Source: the human T2T-CHM13v2.0 reference genome, Homo sapiens. Taken from it: DNA of 64,000 nucleotides. Under the pieces are notes generated by a model that was not told the DNA's origin, did no database searches, and worked only from the letters and a program-made list of their open reading frames with translations. The translations under genes and the position numbers were made by a program. The stretch lies in assembly GCF_009914755.1 (NCBI RefSeq), contig NC_060927.1; one strand, 5' to 3'. Shown here one piece after another: positions 55,310 through 64,000 of the stretch (position 1 is the stretch's first letter; each line of letters starts with the position of its first letter).

Positions 55310-58300
55310 GGTAAATGGAAGGGAAAAGCGATACCATGCTAACACTAACTAAAAGAAAGCAGGAATGGTTATGTTAATCTCAGACGAAGGAGGCTTTAAA
55401 GTTATTAGAGATAAAGAGGGGCATTACATAATGATAAACTCATTATCAGTTTTATCAGTTCACCAAGAACACATAACAATCCTTAATATGTATGCACCTA
55501 CAACAGAGCATCAAAATACATGAGGCAAAAACTGATAGAATTGCAAGAAGAAATAGATAAATCTACTATTACAGTTGTTGGAGACAACAACATCTTTCTA
55601 TCAAAAACGGGCAGATCTAGCAGGCGGAATGTCAGTAAGATGTAGTTGAACTCAATAGCACCATTATTCAACTGGATATAATTGACATCTATGGAGTACC
55701 TCATCAAACAAAAGCAGAATGCACATTTTTCTCAAGTTCACATAGAACATTCTTGAAGATAAACTACATTGTAAGCCACAAATTACACCTTAGCATATAA
55801 GTACCCACAAGAAACCTACTTTAAATATAAAGGCACATTTAAGTTAAAAGTAAATTAATGGGTTGGGCACCAAGTAAATGGAAGGGAAAAGCGAATAGAA
55901 GAGAAATCATACAATATCGGCTATCAGATCACAATGGAATCCAATTAGAAATCAACAACAAAAAAATTGAAAAATCACATATACATAGAGAATAAACAAT
56001 ATCCTTGTAAATAATAAGTGGGTCAAAAAAGAAATCTCAAGATAAATTTAAAAATACTTTGAACTAAGGGAAAATGAAAATACAACATCAAAATTTACGG
56101 GATGCTGTGAAATCTGTACTTAGAAAGAAATGTATAGCATTGAATGCATATATTATAAAAAAGAAAGACGTAAAATCAATCACCTAAACTTCCGCTTTAG
56201 GAAACCAGAGAAGAAGAACAAATTAAATCCAATGTAAGCAGAAGAAAAGAAATAAAAATTAGAGTAGGAATCAATGAAATTGAAAACAGGAAATCAATAA
56301 AGAAAATAAATGAAACCTAAACTTGCTTCTCTGAAAAGATCAATAAAATGAATAAGGTTTTAACCAGTGTATCTAAGAAAAAATAGAAAGAACAGAAATT
56401 ATTAAAATAAGAAATGAAAGAAGGAACATCACTACAGATTCTATGAACATTAAACGAATAGTAAAGCAATAATATGAACAACTCAATGCCCCAAAATTTG
56501 ATAACCAAGATGAAATGGACGAATTCCTTGAAAGACAAAATCTGCCAAAACTCACACATAAAAAAGGAAAATCTGAATAGGCCTACATATGTTAAAGAAA
56601 TTGAATCACTAAACAATATACTTTCAAAACAGAAAGCATCAGGCCCACATGGATTAACTAGTAAATTCTACCAAACAGCTAAGAAAGAAATGACATCAAT
56701 TCTCTACTATCTTTTCCAAAAGATAGAAGCAAAGGAAATACTTCCTAACTCATTCTATGTATTGCCCTAAAGCAAAAAACCATACAGAAATATTACAAGA
56801 AAACTATATACCAGCAATAAACAAATGGAATTTTAAATTAAAACCACAATATTATTTACATTAGCACCCCCCAAAAGGAAATATTTAAGGATAATTCTAA
56901 CAAAATATGTACAAGATCCATATGAGAAAAACTACAAAACTCTGACAAAACAATTGGAATAACTAAATAAGTAGGGGAAAGTTTCCATATTCATGAATAG
57001 GAAGACTCAAAATTGTCAAAATGTCAATTCTTTCCAACTATAGATTCAGTGCAGTCTCCATCAAACTCCTAGCAAGATATTTTGTGAAAACCAAAAGCTG
57101 ATTATAAAGTGGAGAGGCAAAAATCCAAGAGTAGCCAAAACAATATTGAAAGAGAAGAACAAAGGTGGAGGCCTGACACTAGCCAAATGCAAGACATAAA
57201 ACTCCAGTAATCAAGACACTGTAGTATTGGTAAAAGTATACACAGATAGATCAACGGAACAGAATAGAAAACTCAGAAACAGACCTACATCAGTATAGTC
57301 AAGTGATCTTTGACAAGGGAGCAAAGTCAATACCATGAAGAAAAGAAAGCCTTTCAACAAATGATTCTGATACTACTGGGTGTCAACATGCAAAAAAAAA
57401 AAAAAAAGGCATCTAAACACAAGCCCTACACCCTTCAGAAAAACTAACTCAAAATAAATCACAGACCTCCATGTAAAACACAAAGCTACAAAACTCTTGC
57501 AAGATAATATAGGAGAAAATCTAGATGGCCTTGTGTGTGGCAATGACTTTTTAGATATGACCTCAAAGTCATGGTCCATGAAAAAAGGAATTGACAATCT
57601 GGGCCTCATTAAAATTTAAAACTTCTGATTTGCAAAAAACACCCCCAAGAGAATGAGAAGATTACCCTCAAACTGGAAGAAAATATGTTTAGAAGACATA
57701 TCTTGTAAGGGATTCTTAAAAACATACAGAGAACTCTTGTAACTCAACAATAAAAAAATAAAATAAAATAAAATGAGCCAAAGATGTGAATGAGCCAAAC
57801 ACCTGACCTAAGAATTTATGCAGGTGATAAATAAGCATACAAAAAATTGTTTAACATCATGTGTCGTTAGGGAATTGCAAATTAAAACAACCATGAGATA
57901 CTACTATACACGTATTTGAATGGCCAACATCCAAAACAGACAGCACCATATCCTGGTGTGTATATGGAGCAACAGGAACTCTCATTCATTGCTAGTAGGA
58001 ATGCAAAATGATACAACCACTTTGGAAGATAGTTTGACAGTCTCATATAAAACTAAACATATTATTAACGTATATTCCAACGATTGCATTCCTTGGTACT
58101 TACACAAAGGAGTTCATATATTTTGTCTTCAAAAACCTGCCCATGGATGTTTATAGCAGCTTTATTCATATTTACCAAAACTTGGAAGCAGACAAGATGT
58201 CCTTCAGTAGATGAATGGATAGGTACACTGTGGTACATCCAGACAATAGAATATTATTCAGTGCTAAAAAGCAAGAAGCTATCAAACCATGAAAAGATAG

Positions 58301-58754
58301 GGAGAAAACTTAAGTGCATATTATAAAGTCAAATAAGACAATCTGAAAAGGGCACATACTGTATGACTCCAACTATACAACATTCTGGATAAGAAAAAAA
58401 TATGGAGACAGTAAGAAGATCAAATGTATAGAAGAAGCACAGGGAATTTTTAGGGCAGAGAGATCATTTTGTAAAACTCTATATGGTGAATACATGCCAT
58501 TTACATTTGTCCAAACTCGTAGAATGTACACCACCAAGAGTGAACCTCAAAATAAACTATGGAGTTTGAATGATAATGATGTGTCACTGTAGGTTCATCA
58601 GTTGTAACGAATGTACCCCTCTGCTAAGAGATACTGATAGTGGGGGAAGCGATGTGTGTGTGGGTACAGAGGGTATGTGGTATATCTGTTTCTTCTTCTC
58701 AATTTGGCTGTGAACCTAAAACTGCTCTGAAAAAAATTTTTTTAAGAAAAGCAA

Positions 58755-59110
58755 TAAAAAATGGATGCATACTACAATATAGATAAACCCTGAAAACATC
58801 ATGCTAAATGAAATAACCTAGTCACAAAATACCATATGTTGTATGATACCATTAATTTGAAATGTCCAGAATAGGCTTGTGTACAGAAACAGAAATTAAA
58901 TCATTTGTTGCCTAGGGCTGGAGTGTTGGAGGAAAAATGCGAAGTGATTGATAATAGGTATGGATTTTCTTTTGTGGGTGATGAAAATGTTCTAAAATTA
59001 ATTGGACTGGTGGTTACACAACTGAATACACTAAAAACTGATGAATTATATAATTCAGTTGGATAGATTTAAAGGTATGGTATATGAACCATGTCTTAGT
59101 AACATTATGA
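58755..59110 (+). mobile_element. Old L1M 3'UTR fragment
   Basis: aaacatcatgctaaatgaaa...ttgcctagggctgg...gtgatgaaaatgttctaaaatt. Confidence 0.72.
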
Positions 59111-60219
59111 TGTCTTAAAACTAAATAAATTGGAAATGTAAAATTATAGACAAAGAAGAAAAAGAAAATCTTGCAAATGGCTGCTGAACTTTATCAACTA
59201 AGCATAAAGAAAAGGCTAAAGACTCAGTGTCGATAACACAGTGGTGGCTGTGGCCAGTACCTTAGAAAAGAGAAATGTGTCTCCCTAAAATACATAATGA
59301 TATGAACAAAAAGAAATAAAAACAGGAACTTAATTTAACAATGGCAACTAAATAAGAATATTAATTTCATCCATTACAAAAAGTAGTGACATAAAAATTA
59401 AATGGAAATGTCTAGCTTGCTTTGTATATTTCCTAAGCCTTCTCTGGTTTTGAGAACCAATAATGTGGAAAGAACATGAGTAAAATAAATCCCAAGAATT
59501 ATTTCTACCAATTAGGAGAAAAAGCAACTGAGAGTGAGAGCAGGCAGGTTAGAGAAGAGAAATGAAAAGTCACTGGAGTCTGGAAGCACCAGCCTTCTAC
59601 TATAGACTCTCAATGCTGGCAACAAAAATTTCCAGAAATCAGTATTTTTCAGGTTTTCATGATGAATAGAAAAAATGTTCCAAAACCCAAAGCCATATCC
59701 CCAAGGAAATAGGTAGCTTTGCTGTCTGAGAGGAGTGAACCCAAATACAAGACTTTGAACACAATGCAAAAGACCTAGGACCATCAACAAAGACTATGGT
59801 TAGCTCTTCTTCTAAGGCCATCCCAAGCTATGGAAAATTGGGTACAGAATAATCCTCATGCTTCAATATTTACTCAAAGGAGAAGACAAAAAAATTATAT
59901 AAAGTGTGCAGAATATTGATGATAAACTACTCACATTATAGTAAATGAAATAGAATACCTAGACAGATAGTACTACAATATGCATGAGAAAGGTGAGAAA
60001 AAGGAAGAGATGGAGGGAAGGAAGAAGGAAGGAAAGAAGGAAGAATTCGGAAGGAAGGAGAGAAAAAAATAAACGAAGGGTAAATAGATTTCTTTGTATT
60101 TTAAAAGACTTTTTGTACTGAATCAGGAACTAGAAGATGCATGAAGAGGAGGCCTAAACACTTGATTGGAAAATGTATCAAAGAAGAGAGAATTGTATTT
60201 TGCTTAAAAACGTGATCTG

Positions 60220-60705
60220 AGTGTCAGCCAAATCTGTTAACATTGGCTAAATTAGTGAGTCAGTGATACATAACGATAAACAGTACTCTCATTGATATGC
60301 AACTATCTCAAACTTTGGGTTGATTGAGGCATCTCTGTTGTGCTCAATTGCCTCACTCAGGTCAGTAGGTCAGCTGACTCAGGCTGGGTTAGGTTGGCTA
60401 AATTCTACTTTATGTTGCTCATTCTAGTACTCAGCCTGAGGAGCAACAGCCGCACAGGGAGAGCTCTTTTCTCAGTAATGGCAGAGGCACAAGAGTGCTT
60501 GACAATAAATGCACTTTACAAATCTCTGCTTACATCACATCTGCTAATCTTCAATTGGCCAAAACAAGTTACATGGCTGAGCCCACAGTCAAGGATTAGA
60601 GAAAAAGATTCTACCCATGGTGGTAGGAAAAACTGCAAAAGTACATGGCAACAGGCTTGTTTGTGAGAAGGAAGATGTGCTGGGGCCAACAATTCAATCT
60701 CCCAC
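60220..60705 (-). mobile_element. MLT1I/J-like MaLR LTR
   Basis: atggcagaggcacaagag...catcacatctgctaa...ttggccaaaacaagttacatggc. Confidence 0.65.
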
Positions 60706-60849
60706 TTGTTATTTTAAGCAAGAAACATATAATGTTTTCTCCTCAGAAAAATGGCAATAATAGCAGCAACTTCACAGTGTTAAGAGAAATGAATAAATTG
60801 CTGTATAGTCAGTAACTAGAAACCAAAAATGTAAATGAGAAAAAATGAG

Positions 60850-61270
60850 TATCTATCATTTGTTTAATATTTGTTCCAGCCACTGTGTGGTAAGTCCTAG
60901 AAATGTTATAGAGAACCACTGGTTAGCTCACAGTATAATGGGAGAGGCCAAGATACAAAAATATAAAATGCAATATCTTTGAAAATTTATAAATCTGTGT
61001 ACTTTTGATATATATATATTTCTGATGTATATTATATTACAGTAAAAAGTTTTTAAAATAGTATGTGTAATAAATGGAGTGGAGGGAAAAGTAATAGATA
61101 CAGAAATGACATGAAATACAGACAATACAACTCTGTTTACATTCTGGAAACTTTCCCAGGAGAAATGATATATGAATTGGGGTTTTAAGAGAAAGAATAT
61201 AAAAGGGTAGTGGTCCAGGTGGTTGGGATGTAAAGACATGTACAGAGGCCATATTCTAGGAAAAGAAAAC
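60850..61270 (-). mobile_element. L2 fragment
   Basis: Diffuse similarity (ccagccactgtg...cacagtataatgggagagg...catgtacagaggcc). Confidence 0.4.
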
Positions 61271-61749
61271 ATCATTACAAAGTAGATGTGAGCTCACTGC
61301 TTGACTCCAGCTGTGGGAATCAAATATAGAGACTAGAGCAGAAGGCAATACTCGAGCTAGGTCACACATGAGGGAAGAGGCAGTCTTCAGTTCATTGAGC
61401 TCATGAATCCAGATAATCTAGACATGAGGCTTAGGGATGGACTTATGTCAAGTTCTGTCTGCCAGTTAGAGTACAGCTTATTATATACTTTCAGTCCCTG
61501 TTCTCCTTGTTCCTAGGATTACTAAGAACTGATCTTACTGAGATGTTTTTAGATTTTTTCTCTAGGAAAAAAAAGATTAACTACCACAACAGATGGGTTA
61601 TGAGACACACACATTTTCTTGATCCTTGTAAGCAAATCACATAACTGTTTAGAAAAATAAAATGATTTGAGAAGAGTTTTTATGTTAAAATTAAAAAGAC
61701 AGAAAGAAACAGAAATTTTGATAATTTCAGAAAACCAAAAATACAAATC

Positions 61750-62225
61750 TTCTTACAAAAGAAATCACAGGACAAGACTGGTTTTACTAGAAAATTCTAC
61801 CAAAGTTTCAAGGTAGAGATAACTTGAACCTTACACAAGAAGTAACTCCCTCTAATTAATTTTATGAATAGTATAAACTTGATACCCAAAACCAGCAAGG
61901 GAAAAATGAAAAAGGAAACCTGCAAATTGATCTCATTCATTAATAGGTGTAAAAGAAATCATAAATGAAATATTAGCAAGTCAATTCCAACAACATACAG
62001 CAAAGATATATCACGATCAAAATGAGTTTATGCTGGGTATACAAAGTACATTTAAATTAGAAAATCAATGTATTTGATTTATAAAATTAACAGATTGAAG
62101 AAAAAATATGATAATCTGAATAGATGCAGCAAAGCATTTAATAAAGTTAATAAATATTCATGATTTAAAAAAAACTATTAGCTAACCAAGGATTGATTGG
62201 AACTTCTTTAACCTGATAAAGGCAG
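61750..62225 (+). mobile_element. Old L1M ORF2 fragment
   Basis: aaattctaccaaa...gatacccaaaacca...atagatgcagcaaagcattt. Confidence 0.7.
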
Positions 62226-62399
62226 AGACTGCTATTTCCCTATTTACTTTCCAATATTCGCTTCTATTTTAGTTAAATAATCTCAATTTTGATGGGATAT
62301 CTGTGTAAACTATAAGAAGACCCCACATTTTTTAACTTCACTTGTAGCTGATTACTCATGAAACATGAGGGTTTTGCAAGCTCTTTGAGAAGGCCTCTT

Positions 62400-63298
62400 T
62401 TTTTTATTATTATACTTTAAGTTTTAGGGTACATGTGCACAATGTGCAGGTTAGTTACATATGTATACATGTGACATGCTGGTGCACTGCACCCACTAAC
62501 TCATCATCTAGCATTAGGTATATCTCCCAATGCTATCCCTCCCCCCTCCCCCACCCCACAACAGTCCCCAGAGTGTGATGTTCCCCTTCCTGTGTCCATG
62601 TGTTCTCATTGTTCAATTCCCACCTATGAGTGAGAATATGCGGTGTTTGGTTTTTTGTTCTTGCGATAGCTTACTGAGAATGATGATTTCCAATTTCATC
62701 CATGTCCCTACAAAGGACATGAACTCATCATTTTTTATGGCTGCATAGTATTCCATGGTGTATATGTGCCACATTTTCTTCATCCAGTCTATCATTGTTG
62801 GACATTTGGGTTGGTTCCAAGTCTTTACTATTGTGAATAGTGCCGCAATAAACATACGTGTGCATGTGTCTTTATAGCAGCATGATTTATAGTCCTTTGG
62901 GTATATACCCAGTAATGGGATGGCTGGGTCAAATGGTATTTCTAGTTCTAGATCCCTGAGGAATCGCCACACTGACTTCCACAATGGTTGAACTAGTTTA
63001 CAGTCCCACCAACAGTGTAAAAGTGTTCCTATTTCTCCACATGCTCTCCAGCATCTGTTGTTTCCTGACTTCTTAATGATTGCCATTCTAACTGGTGTGA
63101 GATGGTATCTCATTGTGGTTTTGATTTGCATTTCTCTGATGGCCAGTGATAGTGAGCATTTTTTCATGTGCTTTTTGGCTGCATAAATGTCTTCTTTTGA
63201 GAATTGTCTGTTCACGTCCTTCGCCCACTTTTTGATGGGGTTGTTTGTTTTTTTCTTGTAAATTTGTTTGAGTTCATTGTAGATTCTGGATATTAGCC
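62400..63298 (-). mobile_element. Young 5'-truncated L1PA2-like insertion
   Basis: 3'UTR carries GAG (not the L1HS ACA) diagnostic; 14-bp TSD tgagaaggcctctt at 62386-62399 and 63299-63312. Confidence 0.93.
62613..63298 (-). pseudogene. L1 ORF2 C-terminal fragment (Cys-rich domain), frame open
   Basis: [11 protein letters not shown]...[18 protein letters not shown]...RIFSLIGGN. Confidence 0.9.
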
Positions 63299-63496
63299 TG
63301 AGAAGGCCTCTTAATAGAAACTGATTTTCCCCCATATCCCTACCCCCAACTTCCTCCTTCTTGTTTCCTGAACAGTTGCTGTGAAGACTAGAAATGCACG
63401 AGCCATTTTGCATCATGAAATGACCTTAAAAGGGCAATTCACATGAAGAATGGTGGAGGAGAAAGATTAAAGAGATACCCAGATAGTGAGCATAGT

Positions 63497-63760
63497 ACCT
63501 GATAGGTGGAATTTTTTTCAACTCATGTTGTCCTCCCTATCTCCCACTTCTAGTAGTTTGCAGTGTCTATTTTTCCCATATTTATGTCTGTGTGTGCTCA
63601 ACGTTTAGCTCCTATTTATAAGTGAGAACCTGTGGTATTTAGCTTTGTGTTTCTTTGTTAATTTATTCAGGATGATGGCCCCTAACTGCATCCATGTTGC
63701 TGCAAAAGACATTATTCCATTCTTTTTATGCGTGCATAGTGTTCCATGGTGTATATGTGT
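63497..63760 (-). mobile_element. Older L1PA/L1PB 3' fragment
   Basis: tttagctcctatttataagtgagaac...gcatccatgttgctgcaaa. Confidence 0.75.
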
Positions 63761-64000
63761 GTGGTATGAATACACTATAGAACTTTGACATTAAAATAAA
63801 CACTTTTCCATCAAAAGACCTTATAAAGGAAATAAAAAGACAAGCCATAAGCAGAGCTATTTGAAACACTTAGAATTGACAAAGGATTTAGTACCCAGAT
63901 TATGTAAGTAAATCCTAAAAATATAATAGAAAAAAAGACAAATGACTCAACAGAAAATTAGAAAATATTATTGAACTGGTTTTCAAAGAAGAGTTAATAC

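Larger units (their letters stand above)
50945..58745 (+). mobile_element. Near full-length decayed L1MC (5'UTR, ORF1, ORF2 with deletions, 3'UTR)
   Basis: ISIIILNVHGLNATLKRQRLSEWIKK (ORF2 start), GPHGLTSKFYQT, MFIAALFIFTKTWKQ; L1MC1-type 3' end. Confidence 0.88.

Noticed and set aside
46320-58745. Similar 3' blocks at 46.3-46.8 kb and 58.3-58.7 kb
   Set aside because: Independent L1MC copies, not a segmental duplication.
59995-60080. Purine-rich GGAA tract
   Set aside because: Short degenerate low-complexity repeat with no supportable function.

Overview
Primate (very likely human, from a near-consensus AluYa5) AT-rich, repeat-dense intergenic or deep-intronic DNA. I found no protein-coding gene, RNA gene or CpG island. 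The ORFs in the track that I could recognise are pieces of L1 ORF1/ORF2, Alu, MaLR internal sequence or a decayed ERV1 pol/env; the rest look like chance ORFs. Main content: (i) a near full-length old L1MA (1-7.4 kb) carrying nested Alus; (ii) an L1MB-like element interrupted by a tail-less L1PA fragment; (iii) a minus-strand MER4-group ERV1 provirus remnant (15.6-22.2 kb) with integrase and env-like traces and at least six nested insertions; (iv) MaLR/ERVL LTRs and two MST-type proviruses; (v) two L1MC elements and a young L1PA2-like insertion. I see no novel gene system. The most unusual signal is three independent short (about 95-125 bp) locally templated duplications, each copied about 0.84-1.07 kb from its source and each involving an Alu 5' end. 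There is also a TSD-bounded L1 3' transduction. Subfamily names come from recalled consensus sequences and need RepeatMasker/Dfam confirmation. Boundaries of old repeats are approximate.
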